A DNA stretch of 64,000 nucleotides from Cenococcum geophilum (Eukaryota). The translations under genes and the position numbers were made by a program. The notes beneath the pieces are model-generated. The model was not told where the DNA came from and did no database searches. It saw only the letters and a list, made by a program, of their open reading frames with translations. Position 1 is the first letter of the stretch, and every line of letters begins with the position of its first letter. Positions 1-12,400 of the stretch are shown one piece after another. The DNA is taken from NCBI GenBank assembly GCA_050273025.1, contig CP158636.1, forward strand, positions 6,882,001-6,946,000. The letters are read 5' to 3'.

Positions 1-391
1 AGACTTATTAATAGGCTAAGTATATAGGTAAACAAGAACTTAACAACGTAATAATAACTAGTAGAGTGGTTGCCTAATAGATTAACTCTAATTATATTCT
101 AAGATTTACTATAAAAAGAGAAGAACTATCTAGGTAAAAACTGTGGTCCTTTAAATACACAACTATACTCTTAGGAAATTCTCCTTATACATGAAGTACG
201 TCTTATCTATAAGGTATATAAGTTCCTCCCGTTCCTCTTATTTAATATATAGTATAGTATATAACCTTAGTTACTATTCCTTATTATATAGTTCTACCGG
301 CTCTATTTTAGACTATGCCTTAATTAACTAACTAGCTGCTTCCGACTCCTCTCCTAGTAGTTATAATATTATACTTAAAGCGTCCGTAACA
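1..391 (-). repeat. 3' LTR of Gypsy A (truncated by window edge)
   Basis: Direct repeat of 19551-19972, ends GCGTCCGTAACA, PPT adjacent. Confidence 0.93.
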
Positions 392-499
392 CTATTTCCC
401 TCCTCTTTATCTTCGCCCTTAAAGACTCTTAATATCTCTAAGTTGCTTATTAGAGGTATAATATCCGTCTAATTAACTTAGTTAATATTATTACTTATT

Positions 500-1151
500 A
501 TACCTAAAGCTTCTTCTTCTTTACACGCCTAACGTCGTGCTCGTACTACTGCTGCAATATTATTACTTAGTAAAATTATGCCGTCTTTATATTCTCGTTA
601 TGCGAAAGAGGGGTTAGTCTATATTATATTGGCGAGTCCATCCTCCTAATAACTATTCTCTTACTTAGAGTGCACTAAAGCGAATATTTATTCCTCCTAT
701 AATATTTGCTTTACTTCTAATACTAAATATATGCGTTTTATTATCCTTAATAGTTATCTAGTTCCCTAATTAATTTGTCTTAGGGTTTTATATTTAATCT
801 ACTGCTACTTATCTTAATAGCAAGTTATCTTAAGCTCTTACTAAGTTAAAATGTTCTTATAATGCGGAATAAAAGGCCCTAAATGCTTATATCGCGGCAT
901 TTACTTAGTTACTCTATCTTAAGAAGGTTTATAAGAAGGTTTATTTTAAAAAGTAGAAACTTATAGAATAAGGTTTATAGAAACTTAGTAACGAAAGAAC
1001 GGATTATTTTTTAGCCAAGAAGGAAATAGATCTAAGTAGTTCGGCAACTGCTCTTCTTAGGTCCCCCTTAGGTGACTTATTCTTTAATAATCTTTTTTTA
1101 TTAATACTACCTAACCTAATCTCTTTTAATACTCCTATACCTTTCTTATAG
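500..1151 (+). pseudogene. Antisense accessory gene of Gypsy A: Zn2Cys6-like Cys cluster, 55-nt intron (729-783), coiled coil
   Basis: De-RIP translation MPKASSS...CSRCAKEGLVC...CSECTKANIRSSC...SDAE/W; intron with CTAAT branch site and TTAG acceptor; same structure in copy A'. Confidence 0.7.
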
Positions 1152-2558
1152 CGTTTTTTTTAGATTCTCTAGTAGCTCCTAGGTAGTCTTATTATAGCCT
1201 ATCTACTTAACCTTATACTATATTTTATTATTAATGTCCTTATAACTAATAATCTTTAAAACTTACTATTTATCTTCTTTTTATCCTCTATATATATCTA
1301 CTTTATAAACCGGTGGCTTAATATTCCTATATACTGGCTCTAGCATTATAATATACTATATAGGGTAGATCTTTATCTTAACTAGTAGGTTTAACTTAAA
1401 TATAACTAGTAAAATCCTTTATATAATTTTAAAAGGTCCTAGCCTAATATAGTTTAACTTCTTACTTAATTGTTAACTCTTAAAATTTTTATATAGTAGC
1501 CACACTTTATCTCCCTCTTTAAGATCTGGTCCCTTAGATCTTTTAGCATTATAGTACTTTTTTATTCTTTCTTATACCTTTTTTGCTAATTCTATAAAGT
1601 CTGCATAAAGATTTATTAGTATCTTTATTCTTTCTTTAGCTATACTACTTATTTTCTTTACTTATTATAGTAATAACAATATTCTTAGCTTATATCCGTA
1701 ATTTGCCTTAAATGGTAATATACCTATTCCTTTTTATAGTGTTATATTGTATATAACCTATATAATTAGTAATAGCAATACCTAATTATTTTATACGTGG
1801 TTAATATAGTGTCTTAAATACTATTCTAGCGTCTAATTTAATCTTTCTATTTAACCGTCTGTCTGCGGGTAATATATAGTAAAAGTTACTGCTCTAACTC
1901 CCTACTCTACTAAGAATACCTCTTAAAATACTACTATAAATCTTAAATCCCTATCCAATATAATTTTACTTAGTGCTCTATATCTCGCGAACACTTCTTT
2001 AATATAAATTTTAGCGATATCCTCCGCTAAGATTTCTTCTGTATATGCTACAAAGTAGCCCTATTTAGTTAACTTATTTACTATTACTAAGATCGCGTTA
2101 TGCTTTTATCTGGTAATTGTAACGGCGCTATCGCACGTTACCTGCCAAATTCTGCTATATTCTGCCGACCTGTGATTAGCCCGCCCAAAGCTAGCGCCTT
2201 AGCGGCTCACCCTATATATTTATTTACATCGGTCCTAGCAACCCCTTTTCCTTCTCTTTAGCTTAGTATCTTCGTAATACAGCATTCGTTCAAGCTTCGG
2301 TTCAGAGGCATTTGTTTAAGCCGTAACATTATACTAAGCTCTCCCTACCTTGCCTGGGAAGGCCTTAATAATATCCTACCCCAAAGAAACTTCGTCTGCA
2401 ACGACGTATTAACACACTAGACTTAGACACCAAAACAACTCTATATTACCTAGGAAGGCCTAGATAATATCCCACCTTATAAGCCAGATAGGACTGGACC
2501 TATACCCCCAGAATCGAAACTAAAGCGTATAATACTGACGAACCTTAGGAAGCTAACA

Positions 2559-3719
2559 ATGGCACCTAAAGCAAGCTTATCTAAGAGAGCTGCCTCTACC
2601 CGAGAGGAACTTAAGATCTAATTAGGATTAGAAATTAAAGACAATAATAACGTCGTAGACGTACGCGAGCAGATTCGTGCCCTTGCAGCTAGCTAGGAAG
2701 CTAATCGTCTTAAAGTAAGAAATATATAAGAGACCCTATAAGAGATCCTAGAAAGCCTTACGGCCCTATAAAATAGCCCAGCTTCTCCTTTCTAAAGCCC
2801 TAGCCGACCTATTTACTCTACTAAATGTAATATACTAGGGAGTACGGATATAATAATAAAGTAATTAAAGTCTATTAAGCTCCCTAACCCCCTACCACTA
2901 TCTAACGGGATAGACCCTACCTTTAAGAATTAGAGAATTTAAGTATAAGGAAAGCTCCGTATTAACCACGACTATTTCCTTTCTAAAGAAGCTAAAATAC
3001 TCTACCTCTTTAGTCGAACCACTGGGGACGCCTAACGGCACCTTTAAGCTAAGTTTAAGGACGACTCCCCTATCCAATTTATATCCGTTAATGAGATAAT
3101 ACAGCACCTAGCGGCTATTTATATTAACCTAAACAAAGTATAGGATGCCTGTTATAACTATAATCGCCTAATAATAAAACCGAACTAACCCTTTACTAAA
3201 TTCTAAACTTAATTCCTATACCTTACAGAAGAAGGCCAGGTCCCCCTTAAGAACTACTAATTAAACCTATATAATAAGCTAATAATCCAGCTATAAGAAA
3301 AGATCGCTGTAACCTTAAATAACCTACTAACCTATAAAAAACTTATAGCTTATTACCTATTATTAGACTTAGAACTAAAGCGGATTAACGCCTACTCTAA
3401 TTAGCAAAAGCAACTCCGTAATAATCGGAACTCGCTAGCTATATCTATAGGAGCTAGAGCAGGAAGACAAGTTATAACTACTCTTTTACTAAAGGCGGTT
3501 ATAACTACGCACTAGTGAGCCTCGCCTGATTAGTTATGTACTACGCTATTAACTAGTATTCGCCGTAATACTCTAATTAACCCTACCTCGGCTATATGCT
3601 TTAACTGCGATAAGTAGGGTTACTTTGCCTCATCTTACCCGGAGCTAAAAGATATAGGCGATATTAAGGAGATAGAGGAAGGAGAAACGTTAGATAAGTT
3701 AGGAAAAGAGGAACCTTAG
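2559..3719 (+). pseudogene. gag: gag of Gypsy B
   Basis: ATG at 2559; CCHC knuckle CFNCDKQGHFASSC at about 3597-3638; ends SGKEEP*, with pol in the -1 frame. Confidence 0.85.
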
Positions 3720-3733
3720 GGAAAGACTCCCCC

Positions 3734-6700
3734 CTAGGGTACCCTATTAATCTTAAAGAGATTAATCTTAGTTAGTTAATAGGTGGAAAGTATTTTATAT
3801 TTCTATATATAGTATCTTAAAATGGATATAGAGTTAATATAACTGCCCTTATTAACACTAGAGTAAATAGCTTTGCCTTTATAAATACTGCCTATATAAA
3901 TAATGTTGCTAAGTTTCTAAATGCAGAAGCCATCTAACTAGAGAAGCCTATTTAGGTAAAAGGCTATAACGGTAAAGCCGGTTGGCCTGTTACCTATATC
4001 TTAAAGTTATATATTGCTCTTAACGGACAACGCTAATACGGTATCCCCTTTTGCATCCTAGACCTAGGGTCTTATAATATAATCCTTAGACAAAAATAGA
4101 TGTCCTATTTTAATATCTAGTTAAATATATAATAAAGACGGTTTATCTAGCCGGAGGATAGACCAAGGTTGCCCTCTTTTATTAGGGAGATCTAAACTAA
4201 CCGCAAGACACTAGCCGTAAGGGCTGACTCTACCTACTAGTAGGATGTCTGGGCCCGTGACCTAGCCTTTACTTAAGAAGACGCCCGCCGCGAAGCTAGA
4301 AAGAACTCTATACCGATAAAGATACTCTTTTAAAGCGCTACGTTTAAAAAGGACTTTATGTATAAAAGTGGAATAGATAGTAATATAGACAACATCCAAA
4401 TCATACGGATCTAACTAGTATGGAAAAGAACGTATTAATAGGATATAAGGGATAACCTCCGAAAGATGTAATAGGAGCTAAAAGGGGTAATAATAACGCC
4501 AGTACCCTAGAAGTCCCTAAAGTTATATACGCCCCTATTATTAGGCAACCCCCCTACCATAGATATTGCCGTAATTAGCGCTATAGCGTTCTACTTTAAT
4601 ATATACCGGAAGGATAATAAGGTCTTTATAATAAGCCTATATAAGATTAACTAAATTATTAATAATAGGGAGAAAAGGCCAGCTAAGGAAACTGATAAGA
4701 AACTAGTTAAATGCCTCCTTCTTACTATTTATATAAACTATAAGGATGTATTCTCAAAGGCGGCCTTAGATAAGTTACCCCCCCACTAGATATACAATTA
4801 TAAGATTTAATTAGAAGCCAATAACTCGCTAGGCTATAGCCCCCTCTACTATTAATTAATAGATAAGCTAAAAGTAATAAAGCAGTACTTAATTAATAAC
4901 CTAGATAAAGGGTTTATCAAGCCAAGTTAAGCCCCTTTTACTTTCCCTATCCTGTTTATAAAAAAGCCTAATAGAGGCCTTCGTTTTTATATTAACTATT
5001 AAAAGCTAAACGCTATTACTTAAAAGGACCAGTATTTTATTCCTTTAATTAACAAGACCCTTATACGTCTAAGCTAGGCAAAGATCTTTACTAAACTTAA
5101 TATCCGCTAAGCTTTCTACTAAATTAGGATAGACCCTATATCCGAAGATTTAATAACGTTCTATACCCGTTATAGTTCCTATAAATATAAAGTTTTTCCT
5201 TTTAAACTAATAAACGGACCGGCTACGTACCAAAGGTATATAAATGACGTTCTTTTTAATTACCTTAACGAATTCTACATAGTATACCTAGACGACATTC
5301 TTATATACTCGGACGACGAACTTAAGCATTAAGTTTATGTTGAGAAGGTCCTGGAGAAACTATAGAACGCGGGCTTATAAGTTAATATTAAGAAATGCGA
5401 GTTTGGGGTAAAACGTATAAAATACCTTGGGTTTATTGTAACTACGGAAGGAATTAAGGTTAACCCTAAGAAGGTAGAGGCAATCTATAACTAAAAGCCC
5501 CCTTATATAATAAAAGGAATCTAGTCCTTCCTTAGCTTCTACAACTTCTACTACTAGTTTATCTATAACTACGGAATTGCGGCAAAACCTCTTATATAAC
5601 TAACCAGGAAGGACACGCCTTTTATCTTTAATAATAGCTATATAGAAGCCTTTAAAAAGATAAAGGATTAGCTTATCTCTTCCCTAATCCTTTATTACTA
5701 TAACCTAGACCTTAAATTAATGCTAGAAACGGACGCCTTTAATAGGGTTATAGCGGGAATCCTATTACAGTTATATCTAGACAGTAAATAGTACCCTATA
5801 GCTTTCTTCTTAAAGATAATAGACCTAGCTAAGTGTAACTACAAAGTATATAATAAAGAAATGCTAGCTATTATTTAATTACTTTCCTAATAGCGTGTAG
5901 AGCTTAAAGGTATAAATTCCTGGATTAAGATATATATAGATTATAAAGCCTTAGAGTACTTTATAACTATAAAGCAGCTTACTAGATAATAGGCCTAATA
6001 GGCTAAAATACTGTCCTAATTCTTCTTTATAATTATATATCGTTCTAATAAGCAAAACTCTAAGGCTAATGCCCTAATCTAAAGAAAACAAGATATAGGA
6101 CCCTAGGATAAGCTAAAGACCCAATATTAGACGCGCGCCCTCCTCTATTTAGAATAGCTTAACCTATAGATCCTTAAGGAGCTAGACTCCTAGTAAAACG
6201 AGCTAGTACTAATAGAGGAGTCCTTAGATAAGCTAATAGGGCTAATTAACCGCCTTTTAACTATAAACCGCACAGCTAATATCCTAAGGGCCCTCCGCGA
6301 ATAAGCTGTGAAAGAAGACCCCGATTTTAAAATAGAGGAAGGATTGCTCCTATACTAGGAGCGGCTTATAGTCCCTAATATTAACAATTTATAAACTAAA
6401 CTAATCCGCGAAGCTTATTGCTAAGTCTTTATAGTATACCCTAGTAAGAATAAGACCTGTAAAATTATTAACTGCTGCTACTACTAGCTAAGAATGGTTA
6501 CGGATATTAATTAATATATATAGAACTGTAAAGACTACTAAAGAGCTATAATTCTACGGGATAAGACCCTAGGACTACTTAAGCCACTCCTAATACTAGA
6601 GCGCCCTTAGTAGTATATTTTTATAGACTTCTATAAACTACCTAGGGACCGTAACGGATACGATATAGTTATAGTTATAGTTAACCGCTTTAGTAAACGC

Positions 6701-7780
6701 CTATTCTTAATTCCCTGTTATAAGAATATTAATACTAAAGAGGCAGCCTAGCTATATATCTATTACGTCTACTAAATCTATGGACTACTAGATACTATTG
6801 TATCTAATTATAGGCTATAGTTTATATCGGCCTTCTAGAATAAGTTTACCTAGATCCTAGGTATTAAGCTAAAGCTTTCTATGGCTTATTACCCCTAGAT
6901 AGACAGTTAGATAGAGATTATAAATTAGTACCTGGACTAGAGGCTTAGGCCCTTTATTAACTATTTCTAGGACAACTAGTTTAAACTACTACCCTTAATG
7001 GACTACGCGTAAGCAACCTTACCCCATAACTCCACAGGGTTTGCCCTAATTTAGCTAGAAATAGGATACTTACCCTGTATAAGCTTTGACTGGAAAAGGC
7101 TAGAAGAACCCTAGACTATATAAGAGAAGCTATCCTATACTAAGGCCTAATAGTACGCTAAACGATTGGAGGAGGCCTGGATAGTAGCCTATAAGAACCT
7201 AAAAAAAGCTTAGAGGTTAATGGAATAGTAGGCAAACAAACACCGTTAAGAGCCCGATTTTACCCTTGGCGATATAGTCTAGGTTATAATAAGGAATTAG
7301 AAAACTAAACGACCTAGCCGTAAGCTAGACTACTAGATGGCAGGACCGTATAAGGTTTTTAAGAAGATAGGCAACTTATATAAGATAAAGCTCCTAGATT
7401 TAATTAGGGTTTACCCTATCTTCTCGCCGGATAAGTTATAGAAAGCTATAAACGACCCATTGCCTAGATAAAAGAATGAGCCTCCCCTACTAGTTTAAGT
7501 AAACGGTAACAACAAATAGGAGGTTAATAAAATACTAGCCTGTAAGATAGTACGGGGAACACTAAAATACCGTATCTAATAGAAGGGCTACAATTTTAAC
7601 CTAACCTAATACCTTGCGTAGAACTTTATAGGCTACCCCTAGAAGCTTAAAGAATTCTATAACTAATACTCTAATATACCTAGGCCCCTAAAGTACCTAG
7701 ATGAATGGATGGAATACTAGTATAATAAAGACAATAAGTTACCAGAAGAATATAGGGACAAAAACGCCCTAAAGCCCTAA
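3734..7780 (+). pseudogene. pol: pol of Gypsy B (PR-RT-RH-IN-chromodomain)
   Basis: De-RIP motifs ALIDTGA (about 3845), YLDDILIYS (about 5284), LETDAS (about 5723), integrase core, chromodomain WEVDEILAC...VQWKGY (about 7517-7590). Confidence 0.9.
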
Positions 7781-7851
7781 TATAGCTGTCTGCCAAATTC
7801 TGCCATATTCTGCCGTTTTCTGCTAGTACCGTAAAATATTAGATGTCTAAG

Positions 7852-7884
7852 AACTTTAACCGCCGGTTAAAGTTGTCTGATTAG
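7852..7884 (+). promoter_or_regulatory. Putative cis element: 10+3+10 palindrome AACTTT(G>A)ACC-NNN-GGT(C>T)AAAGTT followed by GTCTGATT(G>A)G
   Basis: Recurs at 39643, 61642, 63020 and as a half site at 14488; function inferred only. Confidence 0.45.
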
Positions 7885-9460
7885 TTAGGATCCGTGCCAA
7901 GACTTTTAGCGGCTACTTTTTCTAGCCTAGTGCTTCCACTTAGCCTATAATCGCCCTTTATACTTAATCTAGACGTACTCTTATCCCCTTTATCTCCTTA
8001 TCTTATATTTTGTAATCCCATATTTATAAGCCTAGTACTACCCTATTTCTAACTAAGCCTAAGGGTAGGCTTTCTTTAAAGAGGGGGGTAATGTAACGGC
8101 GCTATCGCACGTTACCTGCTAAATTCTGCTATATTCTACCGACCTATAATTAGCCCGCCTAAAGCTAGCGCCTTGGCGGCTTACCCTATATATTTGTTTA
8201 TATTGGTCCTAGCGACCCCTTTTCCTTCTCTTTAGCTTAGTATCTTTGTAATACAGCATTCGTTCAAGCTTCGGTTTAAAGGTATTTGTTTAAGCCGTGA
8301 TAGTAATAGGATCTCTTAACTTTAGTAACTTAATGATAAAGTCCTATAATATAACCTCCTATAGTCTTTCTAATATTTTAATAGGTTATAGCCCTCTGTA
8401 TGGCTTATACCTTATTAGTTTTTTTTTTTTTTTTAGCAATCTAGATACTCCTTTATTATTTTTCTTACGATATTTTAGATTCTGTTAATAATATATTCTT
8501 CTTAAAGCCTTAATACTAAGCCTATTGCTCTATTATGTCCTTAAGTTATTTCCTTATAGAAATCTTTTATAAAATACTCTGCTATACTCTTTAGGATATA
8601 CTTTACTTCTTAATTTTTATATATATTTATCTATAGATCTTCTAGCTGTGCTTTTAGAATTCTTTATACTTAAAAGCTTCCTAATGTCTTATAGACTCTT
8701 TTTAGTTTGTTATCCTCTTAAGTTACTACTAGTTTAGGGTAATTATATCTAATCTATCTATCCTTATCTCTGCGTAGCATTGCTCCTAATAGGTTCTTAT
8801 TATTCTATAGTTTAGCTTTTCTGCTAAGTATATCTGCTCTTATATTTTCGGTCCCTTTAGTATACTAAATTTCGAAATAGTATTCTATAAGCATCTCTAC
8901 CTATCTAACCTATCTTTAATTAAGTTCTTTTATTATTAGGAACCCCGTTAGGTTCTTATAATCCGTTTTAATTATAAATAGTTTCTTTACGCCTTATAAG
9001 AATACTCTTTATTTTTTAAATGCTATAACTATCCCTAATAACTCCTTATTATAGACGTTATAGTTTAACTCTAGTAGTATTATCTTTCTACTATAATACA
9101 ATACTGGATGCTATACGTTTTTATACTTTTATAGTAAGTATACTCCTAGTACGTAGTTTAATGCATTTATTTCCACAACTATATCTAGTCTTAGTTAGTA
9201 AATTTTAAAAATTGGCTTTTAGGTAAATAGCTCCTTAAGTTCCTTAAATAACTTCTTTTATTTATCTCCCTATGCCTATAGTTCCTTTTTCTTTATAAGC
9301 CTAGTAAATAGTTTAATATTCTTTAACTATTATACTATAAACCTTCTATAGTAGTTGCAAAACCCTAAGAATAACCTTAACTATGTGTACAGGGGCAGGC
9401 GTTAGGATTCGTTTACCGTTTCTTTTACTATTTTTCTACTGTTTTAATACTACTTAATAG

Positions 9461-12400
9461 TGTGGGAGGGTACGACTACTCTTAGATGGGAAAGTCACAG
9501 TGCCGTCTGTCTGTTGGTCGGTCGGTCGGTTAGTCGGTCAGTTAGTTAGTCAGTCAGTCGGTCGGTCGTTAATTGTAATCAATTAGTAGGAAAGCAGTTA
9601 GTAAGAAGAAAGGAAAGAATATATTCCCGGTAGGTTGTGATAGAGAGAAGGAGAGAAGCCAAAGGCTTAATATATACAGGAAAATGCCAAGGCACTAAGT
9701 AGTGGCCTATTTTACCCTACTATATACCTCCCCCACTAAGAACGTTATCCCCTAACGTTCTATACTATAGAAGAATAGCTAAATAAAAGAATAGTAAAAG
9801 CAGAATAGAAAAGGAAAGCATATCCCTAAAAGAACACAGGTAACCTTATCCTCAGCCCTCCTATAGAACTATCCTATAGTGCCCTTCCTACTAGCGGTAA
9901 CCAAAATAGCTGTAAACTAGAAATGGCAATAGCAGTAGTAGCAGTAGCAGCAGTAGCAGCAGTAACAGCAGTAATAGTAACGGTAGTAGTAATGGTAAAA
10001 AGCAGACAGTTGGCGCAGTAAGACAAAGCAAAACAGTTAATGGTAGAGCGGTTAGTAATAGAACAATCGGTAGAAGAACTCGGTTTGTGTAGTAAGCAGT
10101 AGGATATCTAGCAGCAGAACTTTTAGTAGTAGAAATCTCGGTAGCGGTAGATGGTCGATGGCGGTTAGTTAGTAGCAGTCGGTTAATACAGTAGTAGCAG
10201 TAGCAGCAATAACAGTAGTAGTAGCAGCAGTAATAGAACGGTCAATAACAGAACGGTTGGTAGTAGTTGGTTGAAGGCAGCTAGTTAGGCGGCGGTAGGG
10301 CGATTGAAACGGTAGGGTCTGGCGGTCAAAAGAGTAACAGTAGAACAGCTAAAACAGCATTAGGCTTAGAATAGGTTAGTTGGAACAGTTGGACGATATA
10401 GTAGATCCGGCAGTTCTAGCAGTAAGATAGATTTAGTAATGGTATAGATCTAGAATAGTAGAGATAGAGCAATTGGCTGAGATAGGAGGGATAAAACAGT
10501 CGGACGGAATAGCAGCAGTAGCGGTAGCGGTAGTAGGGCAGTCGATTAAGACGGTAAAGGCTATAACCCAACTTAATTGTTTAGCTGGCCGTTTAATATT
10601 AAGACTCTACATCTAGCTCTGCATTGCATAGTCTGTGTCCATGTCTGCGTAGGTGCTTATATACCTACTTTAACTGTCGGATAAAGACTGTCTAATTGGT
10701 CGGCGATAACGTGCTACAACTGATCGTTCGGTTATTTAATTAAGGTAGAAAGTCAGCCTGGTTGAAAGCTCTAACTGTCCTGACTTGAATGCGGAGACAG
10801 CGTTTAACTAATTAAGATTTAATGAGGCCCTGGCTTAACTTAAGGCATCTTTTACTATACGTACGACCTGGTTTCTATATCCGTAGGCTTTATATCTGCG
10901 GACAACCGATTAAGACTCTGGCTGTGTAGTCGTTTTGTTAAAGCTTTATATCCATGTAGTTAATTAATTAGGGCTCTGCATCCGTAGTTAATTAAGGCTC
11001 TTAGTGTCCACTAGATGTTTAATTTAGAGACCTGTCCTAAGACTTCCTTCTTTATAAGCACTAACGGTAGCTTCCTCTGAACTACTATAATAGGCCTAGC
11101 GCTTTTATAGGACGTCCTTAATAGCTGCTTTCTTTCTTTTCTAAACCGTCCTTATTCTTGGCTTCTTTAGTGCATCCTAGGCCTTTACGGCTGCTCCTTT
11201 ACCTTCGCTGCTAATAATACACTTACATATCCTTAATCTTCTTCTGGCTTAAGAGCCTTTTAGGGACTATCTTCTACTTTTAGTCTCTTTGTTATCCGGT
11301 AGTAGCTTCTTAGCTATTATAACTACCTCTGTTGCATATTCCTTACCCTTGCGTCTATAATATAGTCCTTTTGTTAAGACAATCTTTAAGAAGTGCTGGC
11401 TCCTGTATATCTAATTCCTGCTTCCCTTATAATCCTTAACAAGGTCCTTTACTAGCTTAGTTAGATACGGCTTTATCCTGTCTTTAGTCGTATAAGGATA
11501 GCTTAGGCTTAATATAGTTAGCTATGCTCTATATATAATCTCTTATGGAGCATCTTTATTAGTACCTCTTTATATACTACTTTGCCGTTTTTATAGTACT
11601 TATTTTCCAATATTATGCTGCTGCCTTTATACAGGTCCCTTCCTTGTCGCGGCGTCTGTTCTTGTTGTGCAGCTAGTGCAGTACTGAATTCGGGTAGTAG
11701 TGGTAGAGCTGCGATTAGCTATTGTTTAAATAAGGAACAAGGTTAGCCCGGTTAAAGGCTCTAATTTAACGACATTTAACTAATTTAATTTAGTGACGGC
11801 GACGTGCTGATATTGAGGCTCCGGCTTAATTCGATCCTTTAACTAACTATAGCTTCTATGCGGTCATTTAAGACCAAGGCTTCCGTACAGTCGTTCGATC
11901 AAGGCTCTACGTATAGCTCTATATCTAGCTCTGCATTATATAATCGGCTCTATATCCGTGCAATTAATTGAGGCTCTTAGTGCTGTTCTTGTTGTGCAGC
12001 TAGCGCATCATCGAATTCTAGGGGCGGTGTAGAGTTTTGCCAGTTCTACTGCTGAATGGACCAATTAGGATTTTCCGTACCCGGCATAGAAAATCGCTAT
12101 TGGCTTGGTGATAGGCGGTAAGCTAAACTAACATCTCTATAGTAGGTCGTCTTGATTAACGCGTTAACGCGTCGTGATTAGGAAAGTAAATAAGAAAGGA
12201 GCTTTAGGAAATACTGTAATTAAGTAGATAAATAAAAATCTTTTATACGTCACCTGCGTCCCCTCCCCTATCTTAGAACTTAACTGTCCCCTAGTTGAAT
12301 ATCCTACCCCTTAGCGGAGCCTGTTGTAGAGCCTGCTGTGATGCTTACTGCGGAGCCTACTGCGGGTTAATAGCTGACCTAGTCGAGCGTCCGTCTCTAA

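Larger units (their letters stand above)
2118..8302 (+). mobile_element. Ty3/Gypsy chromovirus LTR retrotransposon 'B', full length 6.2 kb, RIP-inactivated
   Basis: 211-bp LTRs 2118-2328 and 8092-8302; 5-bp TSD GTAAT (2113-2117, 8303-8307; single copy at the equivalent site in A'); PPT AAAGAGGGGGG before the 3' LTR. Confidence 0.97.

Noticed and set aside
9923..10300. GCA/GTA-rich plus-strand ATG stretch as an antisense gene of D
   Set aside because: Low complexity with no domain or splice evidence; the frame cannot be supported.
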